Positions 27,170 through 40,739 of a stretch of DNA of 64,000 nucleotides are shown here, one piece after another. The translations under genes and the position numbers were made by a program. The DNA is taken from positions 16,623,813 through 16,687,812 of the forward strand of contig JARFYF010000050.1 in NCBI GenBank assembly GCA_030265395.1, read 5' to 3'. The notes under the pieces are model-generated. The model saw only the letters and a list, made by a program, of their open reading frames with translations. It was not told where the DNA came from and did no database searches. The DNA is from Rhina ancylostomus. Its lineage: Eukaryota. How positions within the stretch are numbered: the first letter of the stretch is position 1; each line of letters begins with the position of its first letter.

Positions 27170-27790
27170 TACAAATTTCACTGTTAACCTGCTCATTGGA
27201 TCACTTGGCTTCAAACCTCCAAGCATGGACTTAAGACCATTGTTCCGAGGGTGAGCTGAGTTTGGCTGCCCATAACATTTAACACAATGTTGCAGCAAGG
27301 AGGCCTGGTAAACCTGAACTCACTAGGTATCAAATGGCTGGAATCCTACTGCACACAAGGGAAGATGGTTGTTGTCGGTGGTGAATATTCATCTCAGGAG
27401 TACCTTTGCTCAGTGTGCTGAGTCCAACAATGTTTACTTATTACATCTATGATCTTCCTTCTATCATAAAGTATAATGTGGAAATGCTCAATGATTATGT
27501 AGTATTGGGTTTCATTTGAAATACTGAGGAAAATGATGCTGCTGAGACTTGGATATCATGTTGGCAAGTAACATTTCTGCACACAAGTACCAGAAATCTC
27601 TACCACGAACAAGCCCAATACCTGTTCATCTCAATGAGGTTACTATTACTGATTTCCCCCACTTTCAGCTTGAGGAACCTGCCACGTGCAATGGCTATAG
27701 GAGTAGGTTAGGAACTCGGTATCCTGCAGTAAGTGAAACAACCCTTGTCTCATTCAGGAGGCATGAGTGTTCTCCAGCCATGCTTAAGAA
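27170..27790 (+). mobile_element. Decayed CR1/L2-group LINE RT fragment
   Basis: Remnants WLESY...KMVVV...GVPxxSVLxP...IxDLPSII. Confidence 0.6.
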
Positions 27791-30700
27791 ACCCAATACC
27801 AGGATATTTAGACCAGTAAACCTAGACTTGCAACTGTTGCCATCACAAGGTAATTTATTCTGGTTGTTCTCCTAATTGACATCTATAGACTGAACCTTGA
27901 GATGAGAGCTATAAAAGCAGAGACTACAGGACAGATGTGGTGTGCAGGACATAAGCCTATGAAAATTCACAAGAAAAGCAAGCCAATATACTTTAATATC
28001 ATTTAAATGTGAACTAATGCCTGTTCAGGAAAAGGTGAAAAACTGCACACGGTAAAAGTAAACTTTATTTCCCCAACATTTAGAAGATTATACATTTTAT
28101 GTGAATTTCATTTGTCATTGATTTTTATTCCTTTTGTATATGCTACTGCTTTAAGCTTTTATAGAGAAAGCATTTTTTCCTTAGTTGTTTCTGAAAATTT
28201 GCTTGAAAGCATCAATTCATTTTTCTGATTTTTGCAAGTTGATTTTTTGGTAATTTTTTTTCAAAACCTGTTGTGAATATTTACATTCAATTACATCACA
28301 CCCAACATCATTATCACGGGGTTCATTGTTGGGATTTAAATCACGTAGACCCAATACATGCTGATTTTATGAGAGAAAAACTTGTTTGAAGTTTACTTTC
28401 NNNNNNNNNNNNNNNNNNNNNNNNNNNNNNNNNNNNNNNNNNNNNNTGTTCAATATGTGCCTATTGAATTTCCACTTCTTTAACTATTTATCTTATTTAC
28501 TGACCAGCTGTGCTCTGTTTTCAAATGTCTTAGGATCCTGATAAATCACAGGACATGTTTTAAAGGTAGATAACTATTCAGAAAAATAACAGGTGGTACA
28601 GAGTAAACAAAATATGCACAATCCTTCATTGAAATTAATTTTAGAGGTGCAACCACAAGTTTCCATCATGAGGCTCAAAGGAACTTAATCAGTTTTGAAA
28701 ATTCTTTCATTATGAATAATTCCTCTATACTGTTCTTGTTGGGACCTATCTCTTTTGTCCTAAATTGTAGCTAAAACAAACTGCTTTTACCAGTCATTTC
28801 ATAGTTGCTAAGTAGAAATGTTTGCATGCTTTGGTGTTGGCATCTTTTATTTCTGTTAGCTTTGAATTTTGTCATTGTGTTGTTACCTTTTGTAGTTAAT
28901 ATTTAAGGAAACAATGTATTTTGTGATTCTTCCTGGAAATTTAATTGGCATGTCAAGTATGAAAATTACAGATGTGAAAACACCAGCTGGACTGTGCAGC
29001 CTTCCCAGTGAAGTTGCGAATCCTAGAGAAGCAGAAAAAAGTCCAAAGCCAATTAACAGGACAAAAAGTGTAAAAATTTCTTTAGATAGTTGAATCTAAT
29101 CCATGAAAGCATGTTGATCATGTTAAATGGTAAGTGTTTTGCTTGGGTTGAAGATTACATTGCATTCAACAGTGCAAGTTCTCTTAGAGATATAAACCTC
29201 AATTTGTGCCATAGGATTATGGTTATCTATGAGTACAGTCTAATTTCTGACATGTTTCCTCCCTTGTGTACTACGCCCCTGATCCTTCAACCTGTCTCAT
29301 TGAAGCTGTTTGTTAACTTGTAGGCCATTTCGTTTCTTAATTATTTTAGACTCAATCAAATCACTGCTGAATTGATGCTCTTGTAAAGTATATAGGCCCA
29401 TTTATATCAGTGCAACTCTTTACTGAGTGGCTACATTAGGATTAAGCTAAGGTCCTTTAAATGGGGAATTATAGCAGCTCTACTAGCATTTTTGCAAAGA
29501 AGGAGTGTTATCATCAGATGAGGTTTTTGGAATCTTTATGACCACTTGTTTAATTATTCCACTGTGGTAGTTTTTCTTGCATCTTTGAGTATATTTATGG
29601 GCTTATATTCTTGCAATGTAACAGTCAAGTATTTGCCAAGCTTGAGTGACATGCAATGTTAGAAATATAATTCTATGTAAAGCATACTTTCTCTAATTGT
29701 ATTGCACTCAATGAGAAAGTGTGAGAGTGGAAAGTGAGGGATGTATAGAGAGCATTCCAGTTATTTGGTTTAGTCCAGCTTGATTGGAATTTATTGCTTT
29801 TCCATTTCACCTTCATTGCCTGCATTATCTTGTTTTCACTCCTGTTGGGTTTTTAAATACACACTTATTAATGTCCTACGAGTTTGAAGCCCAGCAATAA
29901 GACTTGCCAGTTAACCTCATGTTACGTTGATGAGGTTATCAATAATTTTATTTAAATAGAATTCTTCTCTTGTGATTTCTGATTGTATATAGAGATATCT
30001 TCCAAATACGTCAGCATGTTCAACTAATTTACACATTTGGTAGAATTTCATCTATAAGGGTGTCTTTCAGTGTTTGTTTGTTTTGAATGCACATGAATTA
30101 GGTACAGATCATTGGATAATCAGATCATCTGAATAATGTTTAACAGAATTCTGTGGAATCAGCTAGATTTAGTAGCCATTTAGAAAAACAAATTGCCACC
30201 TGGGTTTCATTGTAACAAAATCATTATAATTGGACCCTGCTTACCCTTTCACTACCAAAAATACGTACTGATTTGAACAGGCTATACTCCAGAATGCAAA
30301 AGAGTTTTTTTATTTATGGACAACTTGTAAGTGGGAATAAACTTCCTGCAGCGTTTCCTTTTGTGCATTTGTGCCTTTTTTGATCTATTTTGCTTCCATG
30401 TCAGGCATTTGCACTGTTTTGGTAAGAATTGTAGCTGTATAGTATTGCAGTTCTCAGCTCTTCAGAGTAGCAGCAAAACTAATAACTTGTAGCATGAAGG
30501 GTCTTTGTCAGCTGACATACCATTCCAATTAGGTTGATAAGATGTGGGCTGTTGGCTCTTCTGTATCATTAAGATGCAGGAGTACAAAGCTTAAGCGTCA
30601 CTTGCAGGTGGAACGCTTCCCTGCAGTGTGGTGCTTGCTTCTATCAGATTATCTGAGCTTGGGTAATGGGTGACCTGGAACATGAGCTCTTCACTGCCAG

Positions 30701-31234
30701 TCGGGAGTCAAATGCTGAACCACTTGACCTATCAGGCAACTCTTAATACTTTAAAGCATGTTGTGAAGCAGATTAAACAGCTCTTCATTATTTTTGTGGT
30801 CCATTCATACTCCACATACTCAGTAAATTGTAAACAATATTACAAACCTTGCTTCTACTAAATAACTGATGTATGTAAGCTCGTTGGCTGAGTATAGGAT
30901 ATGGGTTCAACTGATCTGAAGCTTATTTCGGGGGCAGAATCTACCTACGTGTGGCCTGTTATTAACTTTGATGCTAATGGAGTCTGACTAGCGGTTTATA
31001 TTGACGCCTAAATGCCTTGAAAGGACTCAGCTAGGAGATGCAAGATTCTGGGAAGGATAAATTTGAACTTGCTGACAAAAACCAACTAGGAGGTTTTCTG
31101 TGGTGCAAGAAAAATTCCATATATGTCTGTATCACTTGAGAAAGGTCCCGTGAGTTTCTACAGCCATACAAATGAATTTAATCTGTCATATATCTGCCAT
31201 ATATGTAGATTTAAGATGTTAGAGGAATATATAG

Positions 31235-31575
31235 GGGCGGCACAGAGGTGTGGTTGGGATTGAACTGGTGACCCAGGTTCGATCCCGACCTCCGGTGCTG
31301 TCTGTGTGGGGTTTGCGTGTCTCCCTGTGGCTTTGTGGGTTTCCCCCAGGTGCTCCAGTTTCCTCCCACATCCCAAAGGCATGCGGGTCAGTGGGTTAAT
31401 TGGCTGCTGTAAATTGCATGTGCAGGTGAGTGATAAAATTTGCATGGAGTTGATGGAAATGTGGGGAGAATAAAATGGGTTCGGGTGTGATTAGTGTAAA
31501 AATGGGTGTTTGGTGGTTGGCACAGATTTTGTGGACTGAAGGGCCTGTTTCTGTGCTGTATGGCTCTGTGACTCT
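31235..31575 (+). mobile_element. HE1-like V-SINE (best-preserved copy)
   Basis: ggggcggcacag head, ggttcgatccc B box, V-domain, gaagggcctgtttctgtgctgtatg tail. Confidence 0.92.
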
Positions 31576-34229
31576 TCCTTCTGGGGAATTAAAGGAATGT
31601 GATTAAAGCAGCCTGTTAAAGCTACATTCTGGAAAACATGGATACACTGGCAATATGGAACCATAATGGGAGCATTGGAATATTTGAGTTGGAGGCAGCC
31701 CCATGCTATGTGTTTTCTTCAAGATTATTAAAATCAAACTTTAATTTTGTAGCTTATAAGAGCAGCTTATCTGTTCTTGGAAACCCTTTTGTCCATAGAT
31801 GTGCTGTGAGGCTGCACCTCTTGAGCTATGCACCACAGTGAAGGATTTTCCTGGTTCTAATAAGCCTGTTTTGTAATGCACAAAGGACTCTGGGTTTGTG
31901 TAGATTCCTGCCCTTTTTCAGTGTGGGGGCCTCATTAGAATGCGCATGAAAGCCCTATATGTCATTCTGAATGTACGTCACTGATGAAAAGGCCAAAGGT
32001 TGACTGGTCAGGAAGTTCCTCTTTGTGTGTGGCTAAGATTTAGAACAGTGTGTGGTTCATACTGTTTTAAGCTTTGCACATATTGAAGTTCCCTGAAATC
32101 TGTCCACGTTAATTCGCTTGAAGACTCAGCATTTTAATTCCTGTTCTGTTAACATTTAACCCTTTGTTTACTGTATTCTTAAAATCTTTCTGGAAAAAAA
32201 TGTTTTAAAATAGCATACAATTTCCTTTTACTTCACTAATAAACATGGCAAGAAACAATGGCATCATTAGTAGTATAATCCTTATTACCTTTCACAATGA
32301 AGGTGTGATGTGCTATAGTACTACACAATAACAATTTTAAAACAGCATTTCTTCCAAGAGAATTACTTAATGTCTTGTAGGGGTTTTTCACAGTAAAAGC
32401 ATAGTGGCTGAAGTTTTATGCTTTCTGCATTCTGGTTATTTTACTTTTTCCTTTTCATCTATCCCAAAATGTACTCCTGTAATTTTGATATTATTTGAAA
32501 ACCTCCATGCATATAATAACCCCATTAGATGAGCAAAGCAATGCAGAAAGTAACTGTTTTCCAAGTATGATTCCCTCCTTCCACAGATGATATATTTAAA
32601 AGGGCAGACAAACTGGAAGTAACTTACAGCATTGGACTAACTAACACAAAGTGTGGAAATCCACTGCTTCAGGTTATGGCATTTAAACCAGCTTGCTTTG
32701 ATCTTGATCCTGTGATAGCAATGTCTACTGATTCACAAAATTGTTGGTTCATGTTTCACTCAGACATGAGTGTTTTATATCAGTTGTTTGTTCATTTGCA
32801 GAACTGAGGGAGTGCCTCATTGTTCAGAGANNNNNNNNNNNNNNNNNNNNNNNNNNNNCTGAGGCCCACTTTTCCATCTTACATTTGGGGGGGGGAGGGA
32901 GTGGGGGGGGCAGAATTGGATAAATAATATAAATGCAAACAATTTCAGGGGAAAAGGGAATGAGCCTGATTTTGGAACTAACTTGATACCATGTGCCAAT
33001 TGGCTGTCTTCTGTGCTGTCAAATTCTGAGTTTCCTGTTCTCAGATCTCCAGCAGAGATATGAGGGCAAAATACATGCACTGGTCCAGCTGATGCACTTT
33101 GCTTTAGGGGAATATTTTATATACTCCATGGTTACATTGGGAACTGAAATGCACACATGATTCCTGGTACATTAAGCAAACACTATTTTTGTAAAAAGAA
33201 AAATTGAAGATGCTGCAACCTGACCATCAAAGTTTTTAAGTTATTGAACTATCAGAGTTTGGCAGCAACAACAATTCCCAAAGGAAGCAATGGAGAAAAA
33301 AAAATGGAAGATTGGAAAATACTATATAAAAGTGGAATGTAGAGAATTTTTTGTAATGTAATTGAAATTCCCTTGGAAGAAATGCTGTCTTAAAAATGCT
33401 TGTTACTGTATAGTACTCTGCTACATCAGAGCTTCATTGTTACAACAGGATGCCTGTTAGTGTGCTAACTGCTACCACAAAAATAAAGAATTGATTTATA
33501 AGAAAGTGGTTGGCACTTTTATTACACCACAATAGACTGAGCAGCTGGCCTGAAGTAAGATTTTTAAAAATCAACTTGCTACTAAATTAATCCTCCTAGT
33601 TACACAAAGTAAACTCTTGTAGTTCTCTAGAGGCTGTACAAAACTTTGCAAGCTAAATAAATTGCATATCATTGAGGGTTTGTTCAGATGAAATCTGGCT
33701 CTTTGTACACTATTTTATTCTAACTCTTAACATGAAGGCTATAAATATATTGAGTCATTAGTAGCTGAACTGAGTGCACTTATAGGCTAGGAGCTTGGTC
33801 TCCAAAGGCATGCAAGCATTATCTGTTTACTACAGCTTGTCCACTGAGGTTAGGTTGATCATGGTTCTGGGGTGTAGGCACTGTAAGTTGAACAGTTTCC
33901 CATTATTTCTGAAAATTAACAGCACTCCAAAGGGGTGTTTATTGGACATGAAATACAACATTGCTGCAAGAAAAATTTGGGAGAAGTGTCAAGGCACTAA
34001 TATAGTCTCTCTTGACAGTTTTCACTGGATTTGTCTCTGTTGTAGACCCAATGGTTAGAACCATGCATGCCATTATAAAGCAAACAAAATGATGATGAAT
34101 TTCTGTGGACAGCGAATTGGAGGATATTCCAGTCACTTGCATTTGATGGAATCAAAGGTTTTGGTGAATTTGTATAATAATAGTGTTCCCTGTATTTTTT
34201 AAATATTATCACACACTGAAGATCACATC

Positions 34230-35040
34230 CACTGTGTCTGTATAAATGAAATCCACATGGAGATTCAGGGACTATCATTGCTTTATTCACTGAAATGTAA
34301 GAGAAGATAGGCATAGCACTCAATATCCACAAGACAGGTTCTCCACCAAAGTTCCTGCCCTGACTGCACAACACTTTCCTCCAATAATTAAGGTTCAGGG
34401 CAAGACCATGGAAAGCATGAATCACTTCCATTCTCTGGAGAGCCTCCTTTTCGTGATGAAGGTGGTAACAAACTTCAGTGAGGCAGCAAAGTGTTTGGTA
34501 GACAGAGGAAAAAGGGTTTGAAATTCATGGTATCAGACCTTGCACAAAACTTGTGGCTGTCTGGGTTGTGGTGATCCCTGTCCTTTGTGTCTCCTGAGAT
34601 CTGTACTATGCAGCAGCACCTAACGTCACTGTATAGATTTCATCAGTTCTGTCTCCACAAAGTCCTTCAAATTCACCAGAAGGATAAGCGAGACAAACGT
34701 CTCCAGCATTGAACCCCTAATTGAATTCATTTGGTTCTGTTGAGCGGGCCATTATTTTCCAAGTTCTGTTTTGGGTTGAGGTAGGCAGAGGAAACGATCA
34801 AGCACGTACTCAAAGACCCTATGGGTGGGGTGAAAATCAGAATCCTTCACTGACCTGGGAATTCCTGGCTTATAACCAAAAGTGAAGAAGGAATATTGGG
34901 ATATTTTTGAGAACCTGGTTAATGCATCAGGACTGCACAAACACCCTGTGGTTATGGCACAAGGAGCACACATCCTCACAAATGAATCACTGCTTGCCCT
35001 GTCAGTACCTCCTGTCCAATCTGTGGATCCCATATTAGTC
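34230..35040 (+). mobile_element. Decayed RTE-clade LINE (RT C-terminal half)
   Basis: Frameshifted LNIHKTxVLHQ, HFxxLxS, FGRxRKRVF, TKL..VVIPxL, HQxCLxKxLQI, WAGH and RKRxKxxLK remnants. Confidence 0.75.
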
Positions 35041-35119
35041 TAATCAGGAATCCCAACACCAGAATGGAAGTAAGTCATCCACAAATCCAACTAACTACCC
35101 AAGAAGAAACCCACACTGT

Positions 35120-36078
35120 GTTATATATGAATGACTTGGATGAGATTGTCTGTGGTCTGATGCATTTGCTGATGACACAGACATTGGTGGAGTTGTAGGT
35201 AGTGAGAATGGTTGCCTAAGGATACAGCGGGACATAGATCAGCTAGAAAGTTAGGTGAAAAGATGGCAGATGGAATTGAATCCACACTAGTATGGAGTAA
35301 TGCATTTTGGGTCATCGAATTTTGGCAGGATGTATACAGTGGCAGGAGGGACCTTAGAAGCATTGATGTATAGAGGGAACTTGGAGAGTTCATGGCTCCC
35401 TGAAAATGGTGACACAGGTGTATTGGGTAGTGGAGAAAGCATTAGGTTTGCTTGCCCTCAAAGATGAGTATTGAGTATAAGAGTTCATATCATGTTGCAG
35501 CTTGGAAAATTGTGTNNNNNNNNNNNNNNNNNNNNNNNNNNNNNNNNNNNNNNNNNNNNNNNNNNNNNNNNNNNNNNNNNNNNNNNNNNNNNNNNNNNNN
35601 NNNNNNNNNNNNNNNTTGTGTGCAGTTCTGGTCACCACACTGTAGAAATGATGCGATAGTTCCAAAAAAAAATTGGAGAGATTCAGCAGGATGTTGCCTG
35701 AAATGGCTGAAAGATTGGATAGGCTGAGATTGTTTTCAGTGGAGTTCAAGAGGCTGAGGGGTGATCTCGTGGAGGTTTCTAAAAGTTATGAGGGTCTTGG
35801 ATAGGCTTGATAGTCTTTTTCCAAGGATAGGGGAGTTTAAGACTGGAGGACAGAGGTTTAAGGTGAGAGAGGAAGCATTTGAAGGAGGTATGAGGGGCAA
35901 GCTGTCAGAGGAGGTAGTATGGGCAGGTTGCAATTACAACACTTAAAAAGCATTTGTCCAGGTACGTGAATAGGAAAATAATAAGTTCAGGCCAAATGCA
36001 GGAAAATGGGGCTGGCATAGACAAGCATCTCAGTCGCATGGACAAGTTGGCTGAAAAGCCTGTTTCTGTGCTCTGATG
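35120..36078 (+). mobile_element. CR1/HER1 LINE RT to 3' end
   Basis: YMNDLD...FADDTxIGGVV, WQME, CVQFWSPH and KVMRxLDR motifs, with a terminal cctgtttctgtgct tail. Confidence 0.9.
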
Positions 36079-36202
36079 CTAAGAACTTGCATAGAAATTC
36101 TTGTTGGATAGTTGAATTAAGAATTACCCCATTGTTCTTAATAATATCAGGAAAAAAAATCAATTTGTAATTTCTTTTAGAATTGTTCACAATATAATAT
36201 AT

Positions 36203-36526
36203 TACAGTAAGACTGTTAATCTGGCATACTCAGGACTTTGGTGCCAAGCTGGCAGATTTACCAGACTATTGTATATTACTCCTATTAATACTCCCAACGT
36301 GCTCTTAATTCAATGTTTTTTAGATGATGTGCAATAGTATAAATTTTCCAGTCAACAGCCTGCCAAATTTGAATGGGGTGGGGCATTTGCAGGCCCCGTA
36401 AGTTTAAAGGGGGCATGGGAAGTGGGATCACATCTGTACAGCGAGGGAATCAGCACCTGATGAGCTTGATGCCAAACAATTGGGATTCCCAAACAATGGG
36501 ATAACGGATTATCGGAATTTTACTGG
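36203..36526. mobile_element. Tigger/pogo-like MITE
   Basis: Degenerate TIRs ta|cagtaagactgttaatctggca and cggattatcggaattttactg; a related left end at ~4758 (tacagttaaattctgattatctggca). Confidence 0.6.
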
Positions 36527-39500
36527 AAAGTATTTCTTTGGAGCATGACCCTCTATTTTTTAAATGTTAACTACTTTCTCATTTTTCCTTTTTGGTATCC
36601 CCACATATACGCATTGTGCCTTATCCAAGGCACCGTGTATATATAAATTTCTTTTGTTGGCTACCTGATCGTGTTTCATAAATGGCTACAATTTGTCTTT
36701 CTCTTGCCCCACTTCTTTTGTTAAAGGTGTCCAGTGCCAATGTTTAGTTCAAGTGTTTATATAAAATCAGTACCAGTAGTACTGGCACTGAAATATGCAT
36801 CCCTTACCCCACAGCCCATATCTGGATCCAGAAATGTGTCTTGTTCTTAGCCCAGTTGCTTCCAATTTAGCACTATGTGTCTCTTGCTACATCAGTACCA
36901 AATAAAGCAGAACATCTTGCCTCATTATTGGTCATTGATATATTAAAAATCCTAAAATAATTCATAAGACAACAATTTGCTAAAATAAGTCAACAACCTG
37001 CTAAATTTGAAAGGGGTGGGGCATTTGGGGGCCCCATGAGTTTAGAGGGGGCATGGGAACTGGTGATTTTTGATGACCAGCACCAGTCATATTGCTGGTG
37101 ACTTTTTGTTTTAGTAATGGGTCAAATAGTATGTCTTTTTTGTGCTTCTGAATACCAAGTTGTGCTGATGTACTGGGTATATTTTTAAGAAAAAAAAAGT
37201 TCTTGTATAGTTAAACATACTTGAGTATTTGTCTTTGTCTGCATTTAATGATCTGCATTTAATGACTTAAAAAAAATTAAGTGCATCTCATTCATGTGGA
37301 AAGTTGTTGAGAGTCCCATTAACCAAATATGAAAATTGGTGGTGGTCTTCACTGGAATTTGGATCCCTATTCAAGAAGTTAAGCAGACTTGCATGAGAAG
37401 TTTTGACAACTGATTAGCTATTTGCTGGCACCTTCCCAATCATAGATGCCTTATTCGGCAGGTTTACTTTTGAAAAGTTACAAACATATTGTATTCATTA
37501 CGCAAACTCAGTTTCTCTGCAGCAAGAAACGGTACATTCATACTCTAAATTTAGTGTTTATGCAGAGAGATTTGGGAATCCTATCGTCATTAATTTGTAT
37601 TATGTTAATTGGGTGTCAAGGCTCAAAATGACTGAAATGAAATAAAACTACTATGTACAAAGCACAATGTTCTCCTTTGCTCTGGTATTTATGGAACTTG
37701 ATTACAAATTTAGCTATCCTCACACTACTTTGATGCAAATGGTAATTTAGCAAATACTCTGTCTTTCAGCCAATTACATTTTCTATCTGCTGGTGGTAAT
37801 ATTATAAAGCAGAGGTCTAAAAGAAATAATAAAATAAGAGAAGCTTTTGTAAAGATTTTTTTGAAACTTTTTTTATTTTCTGCATAAACAGTTTGGGGTT
37901 TTGACACCCAATGTCTTTAACACATTTTCTGCATTACACTCCATGGATTCATTCACTAATGGTATTAACTTTGCCAAGCCCGCAGCAATGGAAATGTTTT
38001 TCCTTTCAATGAGTTTGGAATGCTGTTTTCTAACCAACTAGATTGAATATATACTTTAATGCATGTTTTGCATTAGAACTAACCGAAGGAGCTGATGAAA
38101 GCACAAGAATAATTGTTGACAGCTTTAATCATGAGGTAGTTTGTTCCAGGATGGAAATTCCTGTTTATCAAAAATGTAAAGAAATATTTGTTTAAATTGT
38201 TTTAAGCTTATAGTGATACATGGCTCTTAAAGACCTGTATGATACAGTTTTTTAAATTTGTTGTTGTATAAGACAAGACTTCTAACTATAGGTTGAATTT
38301 TAATTTGCCTATTACTATAACATATTTGGATGTTATGGGTTTGGTTTTCCTAAAAGAAGGAATATTTAATTGTCAAGGCAACTTTGCTTACAATGAACCA
38401 ATGTCTTTGTGCACATTTCTAGACAAGACCTTTATGTTAGGAAATGGACTAAAATTATTATTTTAAAAAGTGCTTTGTATAATACTATACGTTGTACAAA
38501 ACTATCTGCAGAAGTAATTTTCTGATACTTGGTAAGTGGATTTGGATAGTAGAGTTATAACTGGTCAGTGCACACGCTATGATGCTGGTCTGTGCCATGA
38601 TTCTTCAAAAGTGGTGTTCCTGTGATTAGATCACCTTGTCAGCAAGAGGAGAGCAGCAGGAAAGTCCTCTTTCCTGGCAGCTGCTTAAAGGATAATGTTC
38701 TCCTGATAACAAGTGATTTTCTTGCAGAGCAGAACAATTTTCAACATTAGAAATCAGCAGTGCAGTATTTTGAGAATAAACTGGAACTTGTTTATTTTCT
38801 TCAGTGTGCTAACATCAACAGGTCATAGGATGGTCACGGTAGATAAAGTCTTGATAATCCCTATCCTTTGACCCAAATTCTTGGGTGTATGTGCAAAGGC
38901 AAACCTTTAACAAACAACAAACCTGTTTCTGAAACTGTCAGAAGTGGAATGAACTCCCTAGTGGTAGGTTGTGCTATGGTCCATTAGCCTGGTTTCTACT
39001 ACACGTGTGGTCTGTAATGCTTATGAGCAAATGAACTATCAGGAAATAGAAAACCATTTGTCTTCCAATTTATGATTGCCAACCAATCAAAGTAAAATTG
39101 GAATTTGCATTTCAGAAAACCAGCAGGCACAAAAAAAGTTTGCTTTTTGAACACATCTGTCCCGTGAAAGATGCACAGAGGAGTACAAGTTTAGAATTAG
39201 TTTGTTAGAATTAAGTATTGTTTAATTCTGTTCTAAATATTCAATAATAGAAATTCATGAAAATATTTTAGGCAGCTTTCAGCAGCAATGAACATTCAAT
39301 ATTCCAATAAAGTTAAATATGACACAGTTAGTTCCAGACATAATATTTCAGGTATGTTTTTTTCACATACCCATTCTTGTAGTGGTGTACAATGCCACCT
39401 ATAGTTCATTTTTAGGGACTGTTAGTTGAGAGGCTGAATGAAATTTTCTAGTTATTCATGTGTTAATTAAATATTTTGATTGTGGAAAAAAACATTGCAT

Positions 39501-40101
39501 CGTGCAGTTATATGTGTTTTTCATCCTATTCATTTGTGATCCTAATTTTTTTTGAAGTTATTAATTTGAGCAGTTTCAGACCCAGTATCTTAATATTTTA
39601 ACACTATACTTGGATCTATGTGCTCAGCTCAATAATGACTGCTAACTTGACTTGGACATGTTTCATGAAAGCCAGTGGAACATGGTACACATAGTATTTT
39701 ATAGCTGAAGTAATCCTTTTGTAAAGAAAAATGAAAGGAATGCACGCATTCTAATGTGTATATTGAATTGGGTTGAAAAAAATAATTCAGCTAAGCTGTC
39801 TAGAACTAATTTAAGGCCAGTGGTGAAATTTTAATGGAGTGATTTCTGTAGGGTCACTTATGGACAATCTGAGGATTAAAACCTCAATCAAATTGAATGT
39901 AATTATGCTGCTGCAGATATAAGGAAGCTTGAATAAAGAGAATGTAAAATCATTGAAGTTATCTAAGCATTGCCTAAATTTGTTTAATTTGGCTGCTAAA
40001 TATATGCTTGCTAAGTATTAGTCAGTTTGGCAATAATTGTTCAAGTCACTAAGAGTTTTTGAATGTGAAATAATGACATTTTTGGATTTCTGTATTTTTA
40101 G

Positions 40102-40257
40102 CTCAAAACATTGTGATTAAGGAACCAAATGATGATAGAGACCGTCCAAAATTAGAGAAAGATGTTGTAGAACAACCTCAGATAAAGGTCCCAATGGAGC
40201 CACATGAAGATAGAAATGACAAGGGTGAGGAAGTCCAGCTGGATCGCCCTGACCAAG
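40102..40257 (+). CDS. SLC38A10: SLC38A10 internal exon
   Basis: tttttag acceptor and AAG|GTACGG donor; 156 nt, phase 1-1. Encodes AQNIVIKEP...QIKVPMEP...EEVQLDRPDQ, cf. human QIKGPVDVP...EEAQLDRPGQ. Confidence 0.95.
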
Positions 40258-40739
40258 GTACGGCTAGTTGTTTCCATGTGGAAATTCACTTTGAACGGGA
40301 CTTGAAGATTTTATTTATGAGCTGATTGCTTAGACCTGCCCTCTGGCATCATATGTTTTTTTAAATTCTGTTTTTGTTCCAAACGTTGTGCTTAAACTTA
40401 ATTTTCTTGTGTCGAGGAGGAAAACTGGAGGGGTTTAATTTCTTTGTTCTTTTTCCTTTTTATTTTGCAAGGCAGTTTCTGTTTTTGTTCTCTGTTGCAC
40501 AGGTTAACCCTTGGAAATTTGTAAAAAGTGGCTTATCTCCCCTCCAGCTTTCCTCCTCAATGTAGAGAAATGCCAAGCTATGGAAGCTCCGGAGTGACTG
40601 CAATATTGCATCGATCCCACAGTCATTTTAAAAGTGAGACTAACTTTAAAGGATTGCTTCAGGATAAAAGCCCATAACCTACTAAAAGAGAGTGTCTTCC
40701 AAAGACGTACAGGTTTGGAAGTTGTGGGCATGCTCTGTT

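Noticed and set aside
7325-31575. tRNA-like A/B boxes in several places
   Set aside because: These are SINE heads, with no intact cloverleaf.
31975-32020. CTGATGA / box C-like motifs as snoRNA or ribozyme (also 21296, 34089, 50625)
   Set aside because: No properly placed box D with a terminal stem, and no stem II-GAAA.
32885-32912. Poly-G tracts (also ~3515 and ~25225) as G-quadruplexes
   Set aside because: Simple homopolymer runs, two of them near gaps, with no functional context.
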